From an uncultured Pseudomonadales bacterium (lineage in GTDB: Bacteria > Patescibacteriota > Microgenomatia > UBA1400 > PJMF01), in the NCBI GenBank assembly GCA_964620965.1, contig CAZUHV010000003.1, forward strand, positions 98,093 to 162,092: a stretch of DNA of 64,000 nucleotides. The letters run 5' to 3'. Below the pieces are notes generated by a model that did no database searches, was not told the origin of the DNA, and worked only from the letters and a program-made list of their open reading frames with translations. The position numbers were made by a program, and so were the translations under genes. This document shows positions 56,701-64,000 of the stretch, piece after piece; within the stretch, counting starts at the first letter, position 1, and every line of letters starts with the position of its first letter.

Positions 56701-59700
56701 GGAACGCCAAATGCAATTGATGGAACAAGTGGAGATGATCTTTTTGTAAGAGATGATCTAGAGGTTGATGGTATTAGTACTTTAGGTACGACAACTTTCG
56801 CTGCCGGTACAACAACTTTTAGTAATGGTGTTTTGAGGTTTAACAGTAATGGAGAATATCTTTATCTTCAAAGTCAATCTGATGATGGAATTCATTTTGC
56901 ACTTGGTACCAATGGGTTTGGAAATAACAGTATGGTTATTACAACACAAGCTAATAGATCTGTAGATCATGGACATAATACGTTACAGACTAATCCAACA
57001 GTTTTTATTCATTCAGCAACAGCACCAGGAACAAGTAATCTAGAATGGGGTAGTTTAAGTTTTGAAGGTACGGGATCTGGTGGAGGATATTTTAACTTGG
57101 CTTCTGGAGTTGGTAATTTAGCCTTATCTCCTGCAAGTGGCAACGTAGGGATAGGAACTACTGCTCCAGTACATGCGCTTGAGGTAAATGGGAATGTTGC
57201 CCTAGGCCAATTTTTGTACCATTCAGGAGATACAGATACATATTTCAGATTTGGAACAGATCAATGGCAGATAGCTGCTGGTGGAGCTGGTTTTTTTGAT
57301 TTCAGTGAAGGGGCAACTGATATAGCGACTTTTAACTATAATAATGCAGATATTGACTTTAGTATTAATGGCGACACAAATAATGGAATCTTTTTCGTTG
57401 ATGGAGCTTTAGAGCGCATAGGTATTGGAACTACTACACCAAGTTATACTCTTGATCTTGTTGGAGAATTTAACTTAACGGATGCAATTAGGATAGCTGG
57501 CGATGCTGGTACTTCTGGCTATCTCCTTACCTCCTCTGCTGGAGGAGCTATGACCTGGACAGATCCTACAACTTTAGGATCTGCATTTGGTCACTGGGAA
57601 AATACACTTAATGTTTTACATCCAAAAAATGAGTATGCGGCTGTAGTTGATCTTGCTCTGGGTGGCACGTCCACTGCTTCTGCAAACATTCATCTGCAAT
57701 CTAGTGGACAAGCCTATTTTGGTGGAAATGTTGGAATAGGAACAACAGATCCATCTAATGCAATGGTTGATCTCTATGGGAATCAGATACATCTGTATTT
57801 ACATGATACTTTTGGAACGGGTGCTGTAATTCGTGAAACAGGAGATAATCTTGTTCTTCAGTCTCAGGGAGGAAGTATTTCTGCTTTAACTGGAGCAGCT
57901 GATGGAAGTACAGGTTTTTCATTGATCAACAGTTCAAGTCAAACGGCAATTAGTTTATTAGATAATGGTGGAGCAATCTTTAACGAGCAGGGGAATGACG
58001 CTGATTTTAGAATTGAAGCATCTGGTCAAACTAATGCATTTTTCTTGCAAGGTTCTGATGGTAATATTGGTATTGGTTCTGCAAGTCCAGGTTATAAACT
58101 TGATGTTGTAGGAAGCCTAAGGCTTTCTACTGGTAACACAAACGGGTGGGTTCATACAGACGGAACAGTTCAATTAGCTTCATATTTGGGAGTTAATTAT
58201 GGAAAAATAACAACTTTAGGAAACCACGCATTAAGACTTGGATTTAATAATACTGTTGAAGTGCTTTCTATAAATACAACAGCACATGTTGGTATACAAG
58301 ATGTATCTCCGGAGGCTGTGTTTGAAGTAACAGGAACTGGCACATCTGATGATGAGCTTTTTATGGTAAGTTCCGTTGCGGCAAATGATGGGGATATTTT
58401 TACTGTAAGAAGAAATGGAAATGTCGGTATAGGTTCGACTACCCCAATAGGGAAGTTAAACGTATCAGGAGCAGCAACAGGCAAGGCTTTAACAATTCTT
58501 AATGAAACAGGTGATCAAGCATTTTTAACTGCTTCTGCATCTGGAACTACTAAATTTGTACTAGACAGAGATGGATCAATTTATTGGAGTGAGTATGGTT
58601 GTTCTAATCAAAACTGTATTACTCCGTCAGCAAGACATACTTTTTATGATTACGATATTTATGCACACAATGGGGGAACGATATCGTTAAATGCTGATGG
58701 AGACATTGCTTTAAATGCAGGAGGCAACGTTGGGATAGGCTCAACCTCTCCTGGAGCAAATCTTAATATTTTTCAAAGTAGTCCTACTGCAAACCAGATT
58801 TTATTTCAAATTGGAACAAGTGATTCAGCAACGAGATTTACTGTTGATGAAGATGGAGATGGACACTTTGGAGGTGATGTAGATGCTCGAACTTTTTATG
58901 CAGGTAATGGTGTTGTAACAGGGCCTACACTTTCTTTCTTAAACGACACAAATACAGGAATATATAGACCTGGAGTTGATACATTGGGTTTAGTCACAGG
59001 GGGAGGAGAAAGGTTAACGATCAATGCAGGAGGCAACGTTGGGATAGGCTCAACCTCTCCTGGATTAGCACTAGACGTTGTTGGAAGTGCACGATTTAGT
59101 GCTGTAGGTTCTGGAACATACTCAAATGACCTTAATCTAACTTCCGATGGTACACTTACTACTTCAAGTTCTGATATTAGGTTGAAAGAAAACCTAGTTG
59201 AGCTTACAGACAGTGAAGTTCTTTCTAAAGTTTTGCAGTTGCAAACATACACTTTTGACTGGAAACAAAATGGAGCACATGACTATGGTATGGTTGCTCA
59301 AGAAGTCGCACAGATTTTTCCACAAATTACGTTTACCAATAAAACAGATGGGTTTATGGGAATTAATTACTCGAGAGTTCCAACTTTATTAGTCAGTGCG
59401 GTCCAAGAGCAGCAAAGGCTCATTGATTCACTAAAGCTTCAAGTTGAAGGTATCTCTGGTGCAAATGCTCAATCAGTCGGACAAACTGAGACTAGTACAA
59501 CGCAAACCGGCCAGAACACACAAACAGAAGCAATTACTCTACAAAGTTTAGTTTCAGAATTTGTCTCTTTCCCAGATTCGGTTTGGACATTTGTAAAAGA
59601 GGTTGTGTTTACTGCTCAAACGAAGTTTATGGCAAATGTGAGCTTTATGAAACAGGTAGTGTTTAAAGATGAACTTAAAGTTAATTCAAATACTTCTGGT

Positions 59701-60114
59701 AGGTTTATTATTCTTCAAGGTACCAAAAAGGTAAGAATCGCTTTTGATAGCCAGTTTTCCGAAGTTCCAACAGTGTATTTGTCTCCTCAATCTCAAGTTG
59801 TAGGCGGATATAGCATTAGTTCTATAGATGAAACTGGTTTTGCCGTTTCACTTAATGAAAACCAGACAACAACACTTACATTTGATTGGCTTGCCCTATT
59901 AAGTTCTAGGACTCAAAACGCTCCAGTAACTGTTCTTGAAGAGTTTACCGGTGCTACAGAGGGTAGCGTATCTGGAGTAAGCACTGAACAGACAGAAGTT
60001 CTTGAGGAAAGTCAAACAGTACTTGAAGAATCAGAACCAGCAGCAACGGAGGAAGCCGATTTAGGTCATTCAGAAATGCCGGTTGCAACAGATTCTGGAT
60101 CAGTTGCTGAATAA
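53746..60114 (+). CDS. Giant (2122 aa) signal-anchored surface protein, paralogue of the 5319-aa protein; tail-fibre-like repeat array + canonical C-proximal Peptidase S74 intramolecular chaperone domain
   Basis: The N-terminal anchor is LLLPMALFFVVFISVYFF. Shared modules include NLTDAIRIAGDAGTSGYLLTSSAGGAMTWTDPTTLGS...NTLNVLHPKNEYAAVVDLALGGTSTASANIHLQSSGQAYFGGNVGIGTT and AIFNEQGNDADFRIEASGQTNAFFLQGSDGNIGIGSASPGYKLDVVG. The S74 domain is SSSDIRLKENLVELTDSEVLSKVLQLQTYTFDWK...YGMVAQEVAQIFPQI...GINYSRVPTLLVSAVQEQQRLIDSL. Confidence 0.8.
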   Translation: MFNQTKTRAKGKGLLLPMALFFVVFISVYFFRFPLESWFGVIRTESNAETIQDLKSTDSEGKVKGITTETQETQDLVQKPQGEVKAVSDDITENSLVFRLKVFFLDTIGAVSAKFDTDLEVGNDVVIGNDLDVGGQLTLAGDLVAPNVLYSLTAGTGVTISGDQEITITNDDLGSDQEIFKNFKIGDTTISAGSNDDTLTWQGGTGISLSSDGKTVTVSASGSDLNVSGFTDGGSSVYLTTSTDNVGIGTSNPGYKLHVVGTSYFSGNATFAGGTVISSGINNSSGGITNAGPITGATGLTSSGTITFSGLGTGIVHSNVNGVISSSALNLAGGGTEITGTLPVTNGGTGLTSATTGQIIYASAANTFATLGIGSEGQVLTVSSGIPAWGSSGSGSPCATCIVNNPGSTQTITPAAATATGLVVKQATSGSVDVFRIESNDGSSTFFKIDSSGNVTLGNQTSSGVFTVSPTNTDPISISPVAEGAGQYTGTITSEDLTAARTWTFPNESGIICLASGNCSGTAAGVGGSGTAHYLSRWSSTYGLTDSIIYDSGTNIGIGSTSPGAKLDLVGTFNVSGLATLADDLQVNKHATISGSLTVDQTVDFNSTLGVTGATTLGSTLDVTGLATFGGNVGIGTTSPNYYLDVRGAGSSSARFNFASTDSSAAKVRIGTTNGAYHFNVNSSGEFQIDRESGNSSIFSIQGDAPANLFNLQSSGGGFIAIGGDITPSTKVGDVHLVDSNSPSSTHGLALDVDSTTTQSVIFRENSNNVFRLRSTLGNGTYANNSLSFQTDTDSGSGATYGDLLTILQGGNIGIGTNLPTARLQIVGDEVRIGDAGTVTYATGDGELYVEGDLEVDGQVYLDGRINLLSNVDQINSSRATFYGFNHTGSTLIYNTQGQHWWRTNDLTRMILANNGYFGIGGSTPVGLFNVEGAATGKALAILNETGDQDIFAASASGTNRFTIKNSGNVGIGTTNPLAALHIGQGTPNAIDGTSGDDLFVRDDLEVDGISTLGTTTFAAGTTTFSNGVLRFNSNGEYLYLQSQSDDGIHFALGTNGFGNNSMVITTQANRSVDHGHNTLQTNPTVFIHSATAPGTSNLEWGSLSFEGTGSGGGYFNLASGVGNLALSPASGNVGIGTTAPVHALEVNGNVALGQFLYHSGDTDTYFRFGTDQWQIAAGGAGFFDFSEGATDIATFNYNNADIDFSINGDTNNGIFFVDGALERIGIGTTTPSYTLDLVGEFNLTDAIRIAGDAGTSGYLLTSSAGGAMTWTDPTTLGSAFGHWENTLNVLHPKNEYAAVVDLALGGTSTASANIHLQSSGQAYFGGNVGIGTTDPSNAMVDLYGNQIHLYLHDTFGTGAVIRETGDNLVLQSQGGSISALTGAADGSTGFSLINSSSQTAISLLDNGGAIFNEQGNDADFRIEASGQTNAFFLQGSDGNIGIGSASPGYKLDVVGSLRLSTGNTNGWVHTDGTVQLASYLGVNYGKITTLGNHALRLGFNNTVEVLSINTTAHVGIQDVSPEAVFEVTGTGTSDDELFMVSSVAANDGDIFTVRRNGNVGIGSTTPIGKLNVSGAATGKALTILNETGDQAFLTASASGTTKFVLDRDGSIYWSEYGCSNQNCITPSARHTFYDYDIYAHNGGTISLNADGDIALNAGGNVGIGSTSPGANLNIFQSSPTANQILFQIGTSDSATRFTVDEDGDGHFGGDVDARTFYAGNGVVTGPTLSFLNDTNTGIYRPGVDTLGLVTGGGERLTINAGGNVGIGSTSPGLALDVVGSARFSAVGSGTYSNDLNLTSDGTLTTSSSDIRLKENLVELTDSEVLSKVLQLQTYTFDWKQNGAHDYGMVAQEVAQIFPQITFTNKTDGFMGINYSRVPTLLVSAVQEQQRLIDSLKLQVEGISGANAQSVGQTETSTTQTGQNTQTEAITLQSLVSEFVSFPDSVWTFVKEVVFTAQTKFMANVSFMKQVVFKDELKVNSNTSGRFIILQGTKKVRIAFDSQFSEVPTVYLSPQSQVVGGYSISSIDETGFAVSLNENQTTTLTFDWLALLSSRTQNAPVTVLEEFTGATEGSVSGVSTEQTEVLEESQTVLEESEPAATEEADLGHSEMPVATDSGSVAE
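59165..59460 (+). other. Peptidase S74 (intramolecular chaperone auto-processing) domain of the 2122-aa protein
   Basis: A canonical S-D-x-R-L-K-x-N catalytic Ser/Lys signature (SDIRLKEN). The …QEVxxxxPxxV……G…xNYxxLxxLLVxAVQE… pattern is present, followed by a ~220-aa C-terminal region. Confidence 0.7.
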
Positions 60115-60182
60115 TTTTCATTGCTCAGGTTGTGGTTATAGCTGTTACGGTTTTTGTAGGATTCTAGGTTTAGTATGTCCAC

Positions 60183-60830
60183 ATGCTATATGATTCTAAA
60201 GAATCAATCCCTTTTAAAGAGTACTTCACTCAAAAGCCAGTTTTTATTTGGTTAGTTATTTTTTTTCTTTTCATTTTGGGGGTAGGGTTTGGTATTTTTG
60301 GAATTTACGAATTGTTTAGCTCAAATGATCAAGAAATAGTAAGTAGCTCAGATGTTGAGAATCAGGTATGCACACAAACCACCGATTTTGGACAAATCAC
60401 AGTGTACATATCTGGTGCAGTAACTCATCCTGGTGTCTATGTATTAAATTCTGGAAATAGGTTAGTCGATTTAGTTGCATCTGCAGGAGGAATTAGCTCT
60501 GTTGCCGACAAATTGTATGTAAATAAGCAATTTAATTTAGCTCAAAGGTTGAGTGATGGTGAGCAAGTGTATATCCCAACAAATGCAGAAACAGAAGCTG
60601 CGTTAGAAGTGCAACAACAGAAACAAGAACAACAAGTAGGGAGCATTGATAATCCTATATCAATAAATTCTAGTACTAAAGAAAGTCTAATGGAGTTATC
60701 GGGAATTGGAGAGGCTAGAGCTACAAAAATTATCGAAAATCGACCGTATAGCTCTATAGAAGAACTACTCACAAAAGAAGTAATTTCTCAGTCAATTTTT
60801 GATGAAATAAAAGAAAAAATGGTGCTATAA
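60183..60830 (+). CDS. comEA: Competence protein ComEA (TM anchor + SLBB + tandem helix-hairpin-helix DNA-binding domain)
   Basis: The N-terminal TM is VFIWLVIFFLFILGVGFGIFGI. The SLBB-like region is ITVYISGAVTHPGVYVLNSGNRLVDLVASAGGIS. The C-terminal HhH region is INSSTKESLMELSGIGEARATKIIENRPYSSIEELL. Confidence 0.8.
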   Translation: MLYDSKESIPFKEYFTQKPVFIWLVIFFLFILGVGFGIFGIYELFSSNDQEIVSSSDVENQVCTQTTDFGQITVYISGAVTHPGVYVLNSGNRLVDLVASAGGISSVADKLYVNKQFNLAQRLSDGEQVYIPTNAETEAALEVQQQKQEQQVGSIDNPISINSSTKESLMELSGIGEARATKIIENRPYSSIEELLTKEVISQSIFDEIKEKMVL

Positions 60831-61005
60831 ATTGTCATCAATTTATTTAAAATTATTGAGACTTAGCTATAGGATAATAAAATGCAAGGCAGTTGTGATT
60901 GGGGAAATATAAAAAGAGCTGTTTTTGGTAAAAACACGAATAAAACACTATTTTAAAATCAAAGTATATCAATAATTATTATATGTTTATATTCAATAAA
61001 ATGTT

Positions 61006-62349
61006 ATGCATAAATACATTTTAATCATAATTTTTATATTAATATTAACGATAATATTGCAACAATTATATTTTCGTACGAACAACTTGCAAAGCAGTAT
61101 TGAGGAAGGGTCGACCCAAAATCATGAAAATGAACTGAAAACAGTTCATTTGAGCACCAACTTTGAGATAGTCAGTTTGCTAGGCTACACCAGGATGAAG
61201 GCTTTTTCTACTTATAGTGATATAAAAACAGCTGCAATTGGCTTTTTTGACAACTTGAGTATTAGCAGAGAGTCACTTGTTATTGATAAGCATTTTTTTT
61301 CAAAAAAAGGATTGATTTTAGAATCTAAAGACTGCTTTATAACATGGAGTTGTTCGATTGATGTTTGGAAACGCTTTTTCAACTTTTTTGAAACTCAATT
61401 TGTAAGAGCAAGAGAAGGCTTTACCACTCGCTCTACAACAACTTTGAACCAGATGTTTTACTCAAGTATATCAGAAGTTGTCACTCGACTATTACTCGGC
61501 AGTGCTACCCCTACAACAGTAATAAACAGTCATCTTTATAAAGTTACGGGGACGTTGCATTTATTTGCAATTTCCGGTTTTCACTTAACTTTTTTTATTT
61601 CTTTTGTGCGTAAATCTTATGCTCGTATTTTTTCAAAAAAAAGCATTTTTTTCTGTGATTTGTTATTTTCAATTGTGTTTTTCTGCCTTGTGGGTTACTC
61701 TCCAGGCCTGTTAAGGGCGTTTTTTATGTTTTTATTATCAAGTATAGCCTGGAGTCTAAATAGGCAAAAAAACGGTATTTTGAGTTTATTTTTCTCTTTT
61801 TTAATAGCAAATTTAATTGATTTAAAGGCACTTAATCAAGTTGGGTTTCAACTTTCATATGGTGCAACTTTGGGAATTTTACTATATTCTCAAGCTTATT
61901 TTAGCCGTTTTCCTCAAGTAAAAAACAAATTTATAAGGATTTTGTTAAATAACTTAGGTATCAGCTTTGCTGCACAAATAGCCATTTTACCTCTGGTACT
62001 GTACCATTTTGGTACTATTAGCTTGCTTAGTACTGTTGTCACAGTTTTTGTTTCTTGGTTGGTACCACTCATAATGCAACTGGGATACAGTTTTGTGTTG
62101 TTCAGTTTTATTGTTCCCCAAAACATTTTGTTTATTCTATCGTTGCCACTGTTTTTTGCTGTTTCAACTTTGTTACAAATTTTAGAATTCTTTAATTTTG
62201 ATGGAGCATTAATTTCAGTTCCAAATTTTTCAATTGTACATGTGTGTATGTATTATGGTTCTTTCGTGGTTTTTGGATTGCTATGGTATGTAGTTTTAAG
62301 GACAAAAAATGATGCTAAAAATAACAAAATATATCATTTTTCTCTTTAG
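61006..62349 (+). CDS. comEC: ComEC/Rec2 N-terminal part (DUF4131-like + Competence domain polytopic membrane region)
   Basis: The Competence-domain signature TGTLHLFAISGFHLTFFISF parallels the ComEC motif ...LLAISGLHVG... Multiple TM helices follow. The ORF stops inside an overlap with the next ORF. Confidence 0.7.
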   Translation: MHKYILIIIFILILTIILQQLYFRTNNLQSSIEEGSTQNHENELKTVHLSTNFEIVSLLGYTRMKAFSTYSDIKTAAIGFFDNLSISRESLVIDKHFFSKKGLILESKDCFITWSCSIDVWKRFFNFFETQFVRAREGFTTRSTTTLNQMFYSSISEVVTRLLLGSATPTTVINSHLYKVTGTLHLFAISGFHLTFFISFVRKSYARIFSKKSIFFCDLLFSIVFFCLVGYSPGLLRAFFMFLLSSIAWSLNRQKNGILSLFFSFLIANLIDLKALNQVGFQLSYGATLGILLYSQAYFSRFPQVKNKFIRILLNNLGISFAAQIAILPLVLYHFGTISLLSTVVTVFVSWLVPLIMQLGYSFVLFSFIVPQNILFILSLPLFFAVSTLLQILEFFNFDGALISVPNFSIVHVCMYYGSFVVFGLLWYVVLRTKNDAKNNKIYHFSL

Positions 62350-63262
62350 TCTTACCTTATTTTTTGTCATTTACTCTGGTAGACAACAAAATATGTTAAA
62401 AATTATTTTTTGTGATGTTGGACAGGGTGATGCAACCTTACTTGTTTTTGGTCAATTTCAAATGTTGGTGGACGCTGGCCCAAATAATTCTGTTTTACAG
62501 TGTTTGGACAAAAATATTCCGCTTTGGGATAAATCTATTGAATATTTTGTATTAACGCATATGGATTCAGATCACATAGGTGGAGCAACTTCTATTTTGG
62601 AACGTTACAATGTCGATTTTCTTTTTATGAATCCTTCTACAAAACAAACGTCCGATTTTGAGCTTCTAGAACAGGTTGTCTCGAGGAAAAATGCCAATAA
62701 TACTCAGGTGATTACTACCTACTTAGGTCAGAAAATAAGGGTATTTGACTCTTTTGAAGCACAGGTGATCAGCCCTCAATTTACTTTTCCTCAAGTAGAG
62801 CGTCTAAAAAAGCCTGGAACCGAAACAATATTATCGGATAAAACAGATGATACTAATACTGAAAAACTTGCAAAAATATCAGAAAATGACCTATCCATAG
62901 GTCTAAAAGTTGTTTTTAAAGATGTTTTTGTTGTTTTGCCTGGAGATCTCGAGAAAGATTCTGAATTAGCAATTATTAAGGGCGGATTGCTAAATACAAC
63001 TACAGTGCTAAAAGCAGGGCATCATGGCTCTAAATCTAGTTCTACACCAGAATTTATTGAGGTTTTACAACCCGAAATTGCAATCATTAGTAGTGGGAAA
63101 AATAACGCGTATAATCATCCCGATCCTCGAGTTCTTAAGACATTTAGCGATTTTTTGACTATTGTCTTCCAGACTAAAATCTCAGGAGAGCTTCATTTTG
63201 CCAGTGATGGTACAAGAATTTGGGAGTGTAGTGGTTCACTGACAGACTTTTTGCGTTGTTAA
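62309..63262 (+). CDS. comEC: ComEC C-terminal part: metallo-β-lactamase-fold domain (preceded by one TM helix)
   Basis: LKIIFCDVGQGDATLLV is the ComEC MBL start. VLTHMDSDHIGG is the HxHxDH zinc motif. AGHHGS and ...NAYNHPDP motifs follow. It overlaps the preceding comEC fragment by 41 nt in the +1 frame. Confidence 0.8.
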   Translation: MMLKITKYIIFLFSLTLFFVIYSGRQQNMLKIIFCDVGQGDATLLVFGQFQMLVDAGPNNSVLQCLDKNIPLWDKSIEYFVLTHMDSDHIGGATSILERYNVDFLFMNPSTKQTSDFELLEQVVSRKNANNTQVITTYLGQKIRVFDSFEAQVISPQFTFPQVERLKKPGTETILSDKTDDTNTEKLAKISENDLSIGLKVVFKDVFVVLPGDLEKDSELAIIKGGLLNTTTVLKAGHHGSKSSSTPEFIEVLQPEIAIISSGKNNAYNHPDPRVLKTFSDFLTIVFQTKISGELHFASDGTRIWECSGSLTDFLRC

Positions 63263-64000
63263 TTTGCTTAGTAAGCACTTTTTCATATTTTGAAGTTGTT
63301 TGCAAGTACCAATTTTACTTTTGTAGTGTGACTTTAATTGAATTTCGTTTTGCCAAACTTGATTTCCAGGCTAAAATAAAAAGTGCCTAAAATAAAGTTG
63401 AATGTAATTTAATGCAAATAAGCCTAACTTCAATTAACTCAATCTAACATTAACCTAAATCTGTACAGATTTTTCCAGGCATGACTAGAGTTACTCTGCT
63501 GATTGGAAATACAGACTTTTGCTTTCTGATTATTTATAGAACTTACCGAAATTAATTTGAGAACTGGAATTACATAAAAGTAACAACGAAGCAACTTGCT
63601 AGTTTTATAAAAAATAAACTCTCTATTTTTGCCATTATTTCTTGTTTTGCTATAAGTATGTCAAAAAATATCATTGCTTTACTATCCAAAAAATACACGA
63701 ATATTTATAATTTTAAGAGCAAAATAGAGTACAAAAAAATAGCCATAAAAATATTAAAAATTAACCAAATCTTTAAAGGAAGAAGAACAAAAAAAATACT
63801 CGGATAATTTCGCTATATTTTCGGATTCTAAATACTTTTATTTCACTACTTGTGATAAATAAATGGCTCGATTTTAAGGGTAAAATTACTTGCAATAAAT
63901 CTTTTTTTCAATTACAATATGGTTTTAGAAGCGTTAGACTTAGTTCGCACCTAAGGACTTTGAAGTAAGAAAGTTTGTGACTTTAACACATTCTGAACAC

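Overview
This 64-kb window is low-GC with AT-rich intergenic DNA. It carries small housekeeping genes, two giant surface-protein genes, type IV pilins and a ComEA/ComEC set. The style fits a CPR/Patescibacteria-like or other reduced Gram-positive-like genome, but that is an inference. No rRNA, tRNA or CRISPR array was recognised.

Housekeeping genes that can be read directly from motifs are radA, rho, obg, leuS, a LysM+M23 peptidase, a VanW-like gene (partial, minus strand at the window start) and a vapBC-like toxin-antitoxin pair.

The accessory content falls into six groups:
1. Three tandem type IV prepilin genes sit next to a divergently transcribed multi-TM O-antigen-ligase-like/TPR membrane protein.
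2. A 15.96-kb gene (18715..34674, minus strand) encodes a 5319-aa single-pass surface protein. It has two N-terminal cytoplasmic phage-integrase SAM-like (core-binding) domains. Its ectodomain is a huge repetitive tail-fibre-like array that includes an exact 1509-bp tandem duplication. It also has an internal Peptidase-S74-type intramolecular-chaperone domain followed by a ~640-aa tail.
3. A 2122-aa paralogue (53746..60114, plus strand) shares the same repeat modules and has a canonical S74 domain.
4. A six-gene minus-strand operon (36796..44141) encodes secreted or membrane-anchored proteins of unknown function. Two of them share a C-terminal motif.
5. An F-type ATPase-like operon (47329..53482, minus strand) encodes a c-like subunit, b, delta, alpha, gamma and beta, plus a convergent short epsilon. 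No subunit a is present. The c-like hairpin lacks the ion-binding carboxylate and the Gly motif, and it is fused to a ~200-aa extracytoplasmic domain. Beta carries a ~160-aa Lys-rich C-terminal tail. This looks like an F1-like, X0-type ATPase rather than a normal ATP synthase, and it is the most unusual feature of the window.
6. comEA is followed by a comEC that is split at an A6 homopolymer. One single-base change would fuse the two parts.

Several structured leaders were also noted: a rho leader with a promoter and two hairpins, and a leuS leader with a terminator/antiterminator-like arrangement.
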